NCBI RefSeq assembly: GCF_006345805.1
Contig: NW_021823877.1
Span: 1 to 20,705 of the forward strand
Origin: Octopus sinensis
Taxonomy: Eukaryota
Length of the DNA stretch: 20,705 nt
Reading direction: 5' to 3'
The notes beneath the pieces are model-generated. The model had not been told where the DNA came from. It saw only the letters and a list, made by a program, of their open reading frames with translations, and made no database searches. Shown here in pieces: positions 10,095 to 20,470 of this stretch. The first letter of the stretch is position 1. Each line of letters opens with the position of its first letter. Position numbers and translations under genes: made by a program.

Positions 10095-10529
10095 GTATTC
10101 TATGTTAACCCTCTGTATACTATTTTAATACCATCTGCTGTTGTCACGGTAACTTTATACAACTATATGTACTTATATGTACAAGTAAAAGTACAATTAC
10201 ATGCATGTACACATGCATACATGCTACACATCTTGACATAAAACAATAACCTATTTATGGATTGACCTTATGTGTGTATAACTGTGTATCTGTGTCTAAG
10301 TTCGTGTATATGTGTCGAATATATGCTCTTACAGACACACTGACACACATTGGTAGCTTAAGAAAATGTCTTTTTATAGTGCTACTAAACAGTCTTGTAA
10401 GAAGTTCAAACGGAAGAGGGAGGAACCGAAGCATGAAAGAAACCCTTATAATCTGTGTTTTATTGTTATTTTACTTCTCTATCTTCTTTGATTTTATTCT
10501 CTTGACAAAGATATTCAATTGACAAATTC

Positions 10530-11095
10530 TTCAAAAGAAATCAGATTCAACACCACCATTTCCACCAGCATCAACACCACCACTATAAGCTCTCAGCTTC
10601 CACCACCATCACCACCGCCACAACCATCACTGGTGCTATCACATCAGTATCTCACTAACGCCACTGCCACCACCACCACCACCACTATCTCTATTTCTTC
10701 CGCCGCCAATACCAAAACAAACACAGCTACGACTACTACCACTACCACTACCACAACTACCATTATTCTACTACCAACACAACCATTAATACAATCATTA
10801 CCATTACCACCACTGTCACTACCGTGTGCCATACTGCTACATCCCTCCGCTGCAAACACCATCACCACCTCTCAACCACTATCACTACCATTGCCACTAT
10901 CATTTCTACCACTACACCTGCCAATCCCACCACTAACACAACTACTGCTCCACTATCGCCACCATCACTACAACCATCATTGCCAACAACACCACTACTA
11001 TCACGACCACTACCACCAACACCAAAACCACTGTCACCACCACCACCACTATCGCTGTTAATATCACGACCACTGTCACCATCAACACCACAACC
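10530..11095. repeat. Degenerate ACC/ACT/ATC low-complexity tract
   Basis: C/A-rich and G-poor; the Thr-rich register hops between frames, as expected for non-coding slippage. Confidence 0.85.
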
Positions 11096-12816
11096 ACCAA
11101 CACTAACACCAACATTACCACTAACACCAACACTACCACTAACACCAACACTACCACTAACACCAACACTACCACTAACACCAACACCACCACTAACACC
11201 AACACTACCACTAACACCAACACCACCACTAACACCAACACTACCACTAACACCAACACCACCGCTAACACCACCACCACTAACACCAACACCACCACTA
11301 ACACCAACACCACCACTAACACCAGCACCACCACCAACATCACCACCACCACTAACACCAACACCACCACTAACACCAACACCACTAACACCAACACCAC
11401 CACTAACACCAACACCACCACTAATACCAACACTAACACTAACACCAACACCACCACTAACACCAACACTACCACTAACACCAACACCACCACTAACACC
11501 AACACTACCACTAACACCAACACCACCACTAATACCAACACTAACACTAACACCAACACCACCACTAACACCAACACCACCACTAACACCAACACCACCA
11601 CTAACACCAACACCACCACTAACACCAACACCACCACTAACACCAACACCACCACTAATACCAACACTAACACAACACCACACACCACCACTACCCACAC
11701 CACCACTAACCACCACACACCACCACTAATCCAACACCACCACTAACACCAACACCACCACTAACACCAACACCACCACTAATACCAACACCACCACTAA
11801 CACCAACACCACCACTAACACCAACACCACTACTAACACCAACACCACCACTAACACCAACACCACCACTAACACCAACACCACCACTAACACCAACACT
11901 AACACTAACACCAACACCACCACTAACACCAACACCACCACTAATACCAACACTAACACTAACACCAACACCACCACTAACACCAACACCACTAACACCA
12001 ACACCACTAACACCAACACCACCACTAATACCAACACCACCACTAACACCAACACCACCACTAATACCAACACCACCACTAACACCAACACTAACACTAA
12101 CACCAACACCACCACTAACACCAACACCACTAACACCAACACCACCACTAATACCAACACTAACACTAACACCAACACCACCACTAACACCAACACCACT
12201 AACACCAACACCACCACTAATACCAACACTAACACTAACACCAACAACCACCACTAACACCAACACACTAACACCAAACACCACCACTAATACCACACTA
12301 ACACTAAAACACCACCACCACTACCCAACACCACTAAACCAACCCCACCACTAATACCAACACTAACACTAACACCAACACACCACTACACCCACACACT
12401 AACACCAACACCAACCACTAACACCAACACTAACACTAACACCAACACCACCACTAACACCAACACCACCACTAACACCAACACCACCACTAATACCAAC
12501 ACTACACTAACACCAACACCACCACTAACACCAACACCACCACTAACACCAACACCACCACTAACACCACAACTAACCAACACCAACCACACTAATACCA
12601 GCACCACCACCAACATCACCACCACCACTAACACCAACACCACCACTAACACCAACACCACCACTAACACCAACACCACCACTAACACCAACACCACCAC
12701 TAACACCAACACCACCACTAACACCAGCACCACCACCACCACTAACACCAACACCACCACTAACACCAACACCACCACTAACACCAACACTACCACTAAC
12801 ACCAACACCACCACTA
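11096..12816. repeat. Minisatellite with 18-bp unit CCACTAACACCAACACCA, roughly 95 units
   Basis: Unit read directly; variants include ...ACACTA, CTAATACC, and 15-bp and 24-bp units. Gives rise to the PLTPTP, GVSGGV and VLVVVL ORFs. Confidence 0.97.
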
Positions 12817-13282
12817 TCACCACCGCTACCACTAACCCCCGCAACTACCACCATTATCGCCGTTACTATCCTCTCCACCACAACCACCACTACCACCACC
12901 ACCACCACAATTACCATCATTTTCATCAGCACTGCTATCACTGCCACACTAGATATTTCATCTCCGCCTTTGTGCAGCTGCATACCACTGCACACCGTTG
13001 CACATCTGATGCTGTTCGTTACATCCATTCTACACCAATTTCATTAAGAACAAAACTTTGTAGATTTCCATTCCCAACGATGTCTATTGCCGCAAACTAA
13101 AATTTTATGTAAAACATGCGAAGCATTTTTCCTCTTATAATTCCTTTGTCTGTTGTTGGAGTTGGTTCGTTTTCCATTGATTGGCACCGTATTGGGGTCA
13201 CGAAGATAGTGGGAGGTGGTGAGGAATAGAAAGAAATGGTATGAGGGGGAGGAAGACAATGAGGATACACACACACACAGAA

Positions 13283-13580
13283 GCGTAGGCGTGGTTGTGT
13301 GGTTGAGAAGCTTGGTTTCCCAACCATGTGGTCTTGGGTTCAGTCCCACAGCGCGGCAACTTAGGGAAAATATCTTCTACTATATCTCCAGGATGTAGAA
13401 TGTCTAGTGAGTGAATTTGGTAGACGGAAACTATCAGGAAGCCCGTTGTATACGTGAATGTGAAAGGGCGAGTGTTCTTACCGGTTTAAAAGAAAATACG
13501 GCTGTCGATTTGTTCGATTAAACTCTTCAATGTGGTGCCCCAGTATGGCCACAGCTCAATAACCGAAACAAATAAAAGAT
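13283..13580 (+). mobile_element. Older, diverged CORE-type SINE
   Basis: GGCGTGGTTGTGTGG...GGGTTCAGTCCC...TTTGGTAGACGGAAACT...GAAACAAATAAAAG is colinear with 6595-7012, with many substitutions. Confidence 0.8.
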
Positions 13581-13616
13581 GTGTTTGTGTATCTGTGTGT
13601 GTCTGTGTGTGTACGT

Positions 13617-13659
<43 letters not shown>

Positions 13660-13678
13660 TATATAATATATATATATT
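13581..13678. repeat. (GT)n/(TA)n microsatellite
   Basis: Read directly. Confidence 0.93.
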
Positions 13679-14075
13679 TTAAATAGATGATGGAAACGGT
13701 GTTTTGCAATGGTGTAATGTACTCATTTGTCTAATAAATATGCGTTAGAAACAGCTGTAATGAACTGACATTCATCCATCGTTTGTTATTTATTTATTTA
13801 TTTACTCATAATGCACCAAAAGAGATTCCCGACCCGTCGGACATCCTGGAGTATACCAAATACCATGCGACCAATAAAACGTACGCATTGAACTAGCACT
13901 TAGGCGTTAAATTCGCAAGGGTTAAATTCTCCGTATACATAACCAGAATATTTCAGTGGATGTACTTAAGTACTCAATATATTTATTCGACTAAAGATGG
14001 TGTTCACAAGTTAATTCGACCCACCTGGTACCTATTATTTAAGTACCGATTCTATCCCGAGTCCTTAATATTGTA

Positions 14076-14144
<69 letters not shown>

Positions 14145-14213
14145 GGAGTAAACACATAAATGTGAAACAAGGTGGAAAAAAGAGTACTCAAATACCAGTG
14201 GTAGAGTAATATG

Positions 14214-14328
14214 CTTTATTTTAAGCAGCAGAAAATTCAACAAAATCTGTTACTCTGAGTTTCTCGTTGCCGGCAACGAGAAACTCAGAGTAACAGATTT
14301 TGTTGAATTTTCTGCTGCTTAAAATAAA

Positions 14329-14329
<1 letters not shown>
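14214..14329. repeat. Perfect 116-bp palindrome with no spacer
   Basis: 14214-14271 is the exact reverse complement of 14272-14329; centre TTGCC|GGCAA; (TA)n tracts lie nearby on both sides (about 14080-14142 and 14330-14411). Confidence 0.97.
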
Positions 14330-14377
<48 letters not shown>

Positions 14378-14411
14378 AGATATATATATATATATAGATA
14401 TATATATATAT

Positions 14412-14810
14412 ATAATAGAAATATTAAAATTACTAAGTCTCTCTAAAAGAGAACAACGGCAGCGTTCCCGGAAAATAATAGTTATCGCCATACTAATATG
14501 GCATTCTTATAAAAATAGAATAAAGCTGTCCGCTTATTAGCTCCATGAGGCCATCGCCTTAAGTTAGCTATTTGATACACAAACTGTATCCATATAACCT
14601 TCGAACAAGGGAGGTCAGTCGCTCCACACTACTTGACCGGCAGCTACAGACGCGTTTCGGGGTATTGCCCCTTTTCAATGCAGCGTAGCCAGACCAGTAG
14701 GTGTCGCTTCTGACAATCTCTGTTCGAAGGTTTTATTTACCTAGCTTCGGTGGAATACATCCACTTGTTTTCAATAATAGAAATATTAAAATTACTAAGT
14801 CTCTCTAAAA
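14412..14810 (-). mobile_element. Penelope-pLTR/retrozyme-like unit: 362-bp period with 37-bp terminal direct repeat
   Basis: ATAATAGAAATATTAAAATTACTAAGTCTCTCTAAAA is identical at 14412-14448 and 14774-14810; contains a hammerhead motif and multiple hairpins. Confidence 0.7.
14643..14684 (-). ncRNA. Minimal type I hammerhead ribozyme, U3-A8 core variant
   Basis: Minus strand GCUGCA-UUGAAAA-GGGG(CAAUA)CCCC-GAAA-CGCG-UC|UGUAGC: 6-bp stem I with one G-U pair, 4-bp stem II, palindromic stem III ACGCGU, GUC cleavage triplet. Confidence 0.8.
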
Positions 14811-14870
14811 TTTAAAAACGCAATAAATTCCAAAATTTAAAAAATCGGCGGAACTTAGTAGCCAACCCAA
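14805..14870 (-). repeat. Inverted copy of the mariner left end
   Basis: Reverse complement of 14909-14975 except for one 1-bp indel; 38-bp TA-rich spacer. Confidence 0.93.
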
Positions 14871-14908
14871 TATATATATAATATATATATATATAATATA
14901 TATATATA

Positions 14909-15769
14909 TTGGGTTGGCTACTAAGTTCTCGCCGATTTTTTAAATTTTGGAATTTATTGCGTTTTTAAATTTTAGAATGTATTTTTTTCAAGAATTCTAT
15001 TTTTGAATCATTTTGGAATTTCGTTTTTTCTAGTTAATTTTAGTTAATTTTTGCTTATTTTCAGATCATTAAAATGGAATGTCAAGTTAAGAAAAACGAG
15101 CATTTTCGACACCTCCTTCTTTTTGCTTTTAATCAAGGTTCTAAGGCCGCAAAAGCTGCTCGCGACATTTGTGCTGTGTATGAAGAGGGTGCCATAGCTG
15201 AAAGAACCAAGTTCAAAAATGGAAATTTTGACCTCAAAGACGCACTTCGTTCTGGCCGTCCAGTTGAGTTCGATGAAGAGCGATTAAACCAACTTTTGCG
15301 CGAAAATTCTCGTCAAACGACAAGGGAATGCTCCCACACTGCTATAGAGAAGCATTTTCACTCGATGGGAAAGGTTCAGAAGTATGGAGCATGGGTTCCG
15401 CATGCTTTAAGTGACAACAACAAAAATCAACGAGCCATAATCTCCGCTGGTTTGCTTGCTCGCCACTGCTCAACTCATGGACACAAGCAACAATTTCTTT
15501 ACCGAATCGTTACTGGCGACGAAAAATGTTGCCTGTACATCAATATGAAGCAGCGTAAGGAATGGCTTAGCCCCGGTAAACAAGCGACACCGCGCGTGAA
15601 ACAAGATCTTCATCCGCGTAAAATGATGTTGTGCGTATGGTGAGACTGGGAAGGGATTATCCATTACGAATTGCTTGAACGGAACCAAATGGTCAACGCG
15701 GGAAGTGCTGCCACACACGCCGTACTCTCCTGATTTGGCACCAACGGATTTCCACCTCTTTCAATCTCT
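14909..15769 (+). mobile_element. Mariner element, internally deleted, right end missing
   Basis: TA|TTGGGTTGGCTACTAAGTT left TIR; transposase remnants run to EVLPHTPYSPDLAPTDFHLFQSL (about 15702-15769). Confidence 0.93.
15074..15643 (+). pseudogene. Mariner (DD34D-type) transposase pseudogene, truncated ORF
   Basis: HFRHLLLFAFNQG, DALRSGRP, WVPHAL, RIVTGDEK and HPRKMMLCVW motifs; TGA in place of the second W of VWWD; small in-frame deletions; region of the second catalytic D deleted. Confidence 0.93.
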
Positions 15770-15775
15770 TTCCTG

Positions 15776-15850
15776 TGGAGGTCAACTTTGTCGTTCATCC
15801 TTTCGAGGTGGATAAAATAAAGTACCAGTTTGGGGTCGATGTAATCTATT
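15776..15850 (+). mobile_element. Diverged SINE body fragment of the 3890-4848 family
   Basis: GAGGTCAACTTTGTCGTTCATCCTTTCGAGGTGGATAAAATAAAGTACCAG resembles the reverse complement of the concatemer body. Confidence 0.7.
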
Positions 15851-16128
15851 CACCCTCTCTTTTCAAAATACGGAGCTTGTCCCAGAATTAGAAAAGACTG
15901 TATTACAAACGTTTCTAAAACGCAAAGTAAATAGTATATAGTTCCATTTTCATTGTATGAAGTGAATGTAAGTTTAAAATGTAGACATGGATAGGTTACC
16001 AGTGTATATCAGGAAGCATCGGCCAGAGGAGCAAGTCTGGGATTCCTATTGACTGGACAATCTAATCTCCCTCAAAGTGAGTTGAATCGATACAAATTAA
16101 ACGGTAGCAGGATTTGAACTCTATAAAG

Positions 16129-16183
16129 TTGTTGCTGCTGCTGCTGCTGTTGTTGTTGTTGTTGTTGTTGTTGCTGCTGCTGC

Positions 16184-16221
<38 letters not shown>

Positions 16222-16288
16222 TTGTTGTTGTTGTTGCTGCTGCTGCTGCTGTTGTTGTTGCTGTTGCTGTTGTTGTTGCTGCTGCTGC

Positions 16289-16344
<56 letters not shown>
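16129..16344 (-). repeat. Compound (CAA/CAG)72 trinucleotide repeat
   Basis: 216 bp of interleaved TTG/CTG on the + strand; gives the polyQ and polyL ORFs. Confidence 0.97.
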
Positions 16345-16346
<2 letters not shown>

Positions 16347-16733
16347 CGTCGTCAGTGTTGATGAACTGATCGGACCGATAACTGATGGAAGGCATCCCAG
16401 ATGTGAAGAGCCATTTTTCTTTCCTTCTTTTTTTTAATTTTTTAGTGATACCTCGGAATATTTTACCAAATGTATTCGTGTCTTTTTTTAAATCAGTAGA
16501 GTATAATTTGGCTGCTATTTCCAGCATATCCGTTCACTCTATCATACCCTCGTATGATCACCTGTAAGGCATTTAAAAACGTTGAATCAGTGAAGTCAAT
16601 TACACGGAAACGCATTCCGTTAAAAAAAACAACAACAACAATATTTAAATTAGTGTTAAACTATTAAATGCAGCGAGTAATATATAACACAGAAACGATT
16701 ATCTGCTGAGGAGAAAAAACCAGTAATTAAACG

Positions 16734-16775
<42 letters not shown>

Positions 16776-16967
16776 CGTGCGTTCGTGCGAGTGTGTATTG
16801 ACACTAGTAAGTACACAAACACACACACACACATATATACCGTCTGCAGGAGGATTACTTTAAGAGTGAGTGTGTCCGTGGAATATTCAGCCACTTAATT
16901 GGTAAGTAGTTCAATAAGATGGAGCAACTAAATAGTCATCGTCGAAACCGACGTAGGTCTATTTACT

Positions 16968-17011
16968 TCATACATACATACATATATATTTATATATATA
17001 CATGCATATAT

Positions 17012-17046
<35 letters not shown>

Positions 17047-17064
17047 ATACACATACATACGTAC

Positions 17065-17108
<44 letters not shown>

Positions 17109-17130
17109 TGCGTATGTGTATGTGTGTTTC
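16968..17130. repeat. (CATA)/(TA)n compound microsatellite
   Basis: Read directly. Confidence 0.93.
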
Positions 17131-17544
17131 GGTGGGTCGAACAATGATGATGATGATGGGTTTTGTGTGCGTGTGTGTGTGCGCGCACGAAGCGAGAAAG
17201 AGAAAGAAAAGGAGAATGATAGATTATATTAAGGTAAAAGGAAATGGATAATGACAGAGATAGTATATGAACGTGAGAAAGATAGGAATGTAGAGAGAGG
17301 GAGAGACAAGGAGGGAGAGCAAGCGAGAAGATGATGGAGGGAGGTATGGAGGGATGGTGGGAGGCTAAGAATTGATGTATCGATCTGTTGGTAACATAGT
17401 ATAATCTTGTCAGAGAGAAGAAAGCAATGGAATTAGCCGAGTGGACCATTGTTCTACAGGACACAACACAAGATTCCTGTAATATTAGAATGAAATCGAA
17501 AACTAGAAAGCACAAATCTTCGTGTTTCAATGCCGAAAATTCCT

Positions 17545-18500
17545 CTGTGTGTGTGTGTGATTGAGTGTGTGTGTGTGTGTGTGTTGTGTGTGTGTGTGTG
17601 TGTGTGGTGTGTGTGAGTGTGTGTGAGTGTGTGTATGTGTTGTGAGTGTGTGTGTGAGTGTGTGAGTGTGTGTGTGTGTGTATGTGTGTGTGTGTGAGTG
17701 TTTGAGTGTGTGTGTGTGTGTGTGAGTGTGTGAGTGTGTGTGTGTGTGTATGTGTGTGTGTGTGTGTCTGTGTGTATATGTGTGTATATGTGAGTGTGTG
17801 CTTGTATGTGTGTGTGAGTGTGTGTATATGTGTGTGTATGTGTGTGTATGTGTGTGTGCGTTTGTGTGTGTCTGTGTGTGAGTGTGTGTGTCTGTGTGTA
17901 TGTATGTGTGTGTATGTTTGTGTGAGTGACTGTGTGTGTGTCTGTGTGTGCGCGCGCGCATAAAAGACAGAGAAATGAATGTGTATGTATATGTGTATAC
18001 ACACATTTTATATATATACATACACACACGCATATATATATAAATGTATTTATGTGTATGTATGTGTTTATGCATATATATATATATACACATACATATA
18101 TATACAAATATATACACATACAAATATATAGGCAGATAGCTAGATAGATAGATTGATAAATAGACACATACATACACAAAACATACATACATACATATAT
18201 GCAACCAACCATCCATCCATCCATCCATCCATCCATCCATCCATCCATACATACATACATACATACATGCATACATATATACATACAATACATACATACG
18301 TACATACATACATTCATACATACATTCATACATACATACATTCATACATACATTCATACATACATACATTCATACATACATACATACATACATACATACA
18401 TACATACATACATACATTCATACATACATGCAAATACATACATACATACATACATACATACATACATACATACATACATACATACATACACACATATGTT
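17545..18500. repeat. Long compound microsatellite: degenerate (GT)n of about 415 bp, (TA)n, (GATA)n, (CATC)n, (CATA)n
   Basis: Read directly; source of the HT-, CV- and HTYI-type ORFs. Confidence 0.96.
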
Positions 18501-18609
18501 TATCATGTGTTTAGATGATGATAAATGACAGAATGAAATGAAATGAAAGAATAATGAAATAAACTCTGTAACAGAATGTCTGGATGAAAGTGATTATATC
18601 AGCAAATGG

Positions 18610-18632
18610 TGTGTGTGTGTGTTGTGTGTGTG

Positions 18633-18668
<36 letters not shown>
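18610..18668. repeat. (GT)n(GC)n alternating purine-pyrimidine tract
   Basis: Read directly. Confidence 0.9.
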
Positions 18669-18669
<1 letters not shown>

Positions 18670-19107
18670 TCTAAACGGGTCTTGATAATGTCGTTAGTTA
18701 GATGGAACCTCTCTACATCGGCCCAGAACATCAGAGCAGGATGTTGCGAATGATGCTACAACTATACAAATATAATGAGTTCTCAAAGCAGACAACAAGA
18801 AAGCCTCCACATTGTCGAATGATCAATTAAAACTTATAGTCAATTTTCATTCAAATCACACCTTGCTATCTTTAAAAAAAACCGGCAAGAACGCACTCTA
18901 TAATGTTCTCGATACGCTCCGCCTGAATAAAAGGCAAGTTTGACAGTGGCTGAAACACCTTTTAGACCTCAAGTTCGGACCTCAAATGGCCTGAACTGTT
19001 TACCTGAACACCACCCTGTACTTAACTCCGTGTCCCCCTACATGACCTTACTTTTTGCTTTTTGAGCCAAAAAATTAACTAACTAACTAATCATAGGTTT
19101 TCTAGAT

Positions 19108-19308
19108 CAGTGCTTTTCAACCATTTTGCTGGAGCGGAACCCTAAGGAAACAATCCACTGGTTCGAGGAACCCCTGGGCAATAATTTAATAGTCTTAAGC
19201 ACACATATCTGCACAGGAGACTTAAAAATTACTGCCGATTTTAGCAGTTTTGTAACTTCTTGCGAAACCCCTGAACTGTACTGGCGGAACCCTGGTTGAA
19301 AACCACTG
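19108..19308. mobile_element. hAT MITE, 201 bp
   Basis: TIR CAGTGCTTTTCAACC versus CAGTGGTTTTCAACC (14/15); perfect 8-bp TSD TTCTAGAT at 19100-19107 and 19309-19316. Confidence 0.93.
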
Positions 19309-19381
19309 TTCTAGATTAAGGCCGTCCTAAAATTCATATAACATTGTTTAACAATACGTTAGGCATTTAAACCACTTAACA

Positions 19382-19712
19382 CAGTGGTTTTCAAACATTT
19401 TTTTATCTGTGGAGCCCTTTGGTCCCTATTTTATTCTGGTGATCCCCACCCCTAGCCATTCGACGTTTAAAAACTAGTTTTATAGAAACTTCTTTCAAAA
19501 TTCCTATTTTACTTTCTACACATTCCCTTGTGTAGGTTGAACTCTGTAAAATGTTAGTGAAAGAAACCCAGCTGTTTCTTGCAATACATACCAATACATA
19601 CATCTAAAACAAAATTTTTCAAGAGCCCTTAAAATACTATTGTGAATATCCAATTATATTTTTGTGTGTGGACTCCCAAATTTTTTATATGGACCCCGGT
19701 TAAGAGCCACTG
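19382..19712. mobile_element. hAT MITE, 331 bp
   Basis: TIR CAGTGGTTTTCAAAC versus CAGTGGCTCTTAACC (11/15); TSD ACTTAACA at 19374-19381 and ACTTGACA at 19713-19720 (7/8). Confidence 0.82.
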
Positions 19713-20107
19713 ACTTGACATATCAGGGATTAAAGTTGTCACGGGGTGATTATATATTATATCGTAGGTCATCGAATGAATGAGGTGCTGGTGTTTAAGT
19801 TGGGGTCTGGCTGCGTATAATAAATAATAAAGGGCTATTTCAACGAAGTCGCGTCTTGTCATTACCTTCGCAACGCTGAGTAGACGAAACAGGGACAACT
19901 GAAGAAGGGGAATATTCCTTGTGTTGTATGTCACGTTTCTCTGTTTTTTCGTTGTTTCAAAAAAAGTTCGTTTCCATGTTTTTGTGTTTTCGTTTCTCAT
20001 TGTGTTTAACGTTTTTTTTTCATGTCCTGTACCCATATATGCATGTATATATACATATAAATGTAGGTATGTACATATAGGTATGTATATATGCATATAT
20101 TTATATA

Positions 20108-20118
20108 CTATTATTATT

Positions 20119-20214
<96 letters not shown>

Positions 20215-20236
20215 GGATATATATATATATATATTA
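20108..20236. repeat. (TAT)n/(TA)n microsatellite
   Basis: Read directly. Confidence 0.95.
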
Positions 20237-20237
20237 T

Positions 20238-20401
20238 ACGACGGGCTTTCTTTCAGTTTACGTCTACCAAATCCACTCACAAAGTTTGGTTCGGCCTGAA
20301 ACTATAGAAGAAGACACTTGCCCAAGGTGCCACGCAGTGGAACTGAACCGGAACCATGTGGTTGGTAAACAAGCTACTTACCACACAGCCACTCCTGCGC
20401 C
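20238..20401 (-). mobile_element. CORE-type SINE, short form (head and CORE ending in a TA microsatellite)
   Basis: Reverse complement matches 6595-6760. Confidence 0.9.
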
Positions 20402-20426
20402 TAGTATATATATATATATATATATA

Positions 20427-20469
<43 letters not shown>

Positions 20470-20470
<1 letters not shown>

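Noticed and set aside
11670-12600. Patches of single-base indels in the minisatellite (about 11670-11730, 12240-12420 and 12500-12600) as biological frameshifts
   Set aside because: Clustered 1-bp deletions look like unpolished long-read error; this cannot be judged without reads.
10824-12844. PLTPTP extensin-like and GVSGGV elastin/silk-like ORFs as structural protein genes
   Set aside because: The 18-bp unit has only one stop per strand, so long ORFs are automatic. No signal peptide or unique terminal domain is present. Kept only as a low-probability option in the findings.
16072-16527. 151-aa minus-strand ORF with 72 consecutive Gln as a polyQ protein
   Set aside because: The flanking peptide has no recognisable domain. 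The plausible splice-bounded segment (16452-16561) has stops in all three frames and ends before the Q run. Best read as a trinucleotide microsatellite.
19885-19925. CTGAAGA followed by a short AAGG/CCTT stem as a hammerhead core
   Set aside because: No GAAA, stem III or cleavage triplet in the required order.
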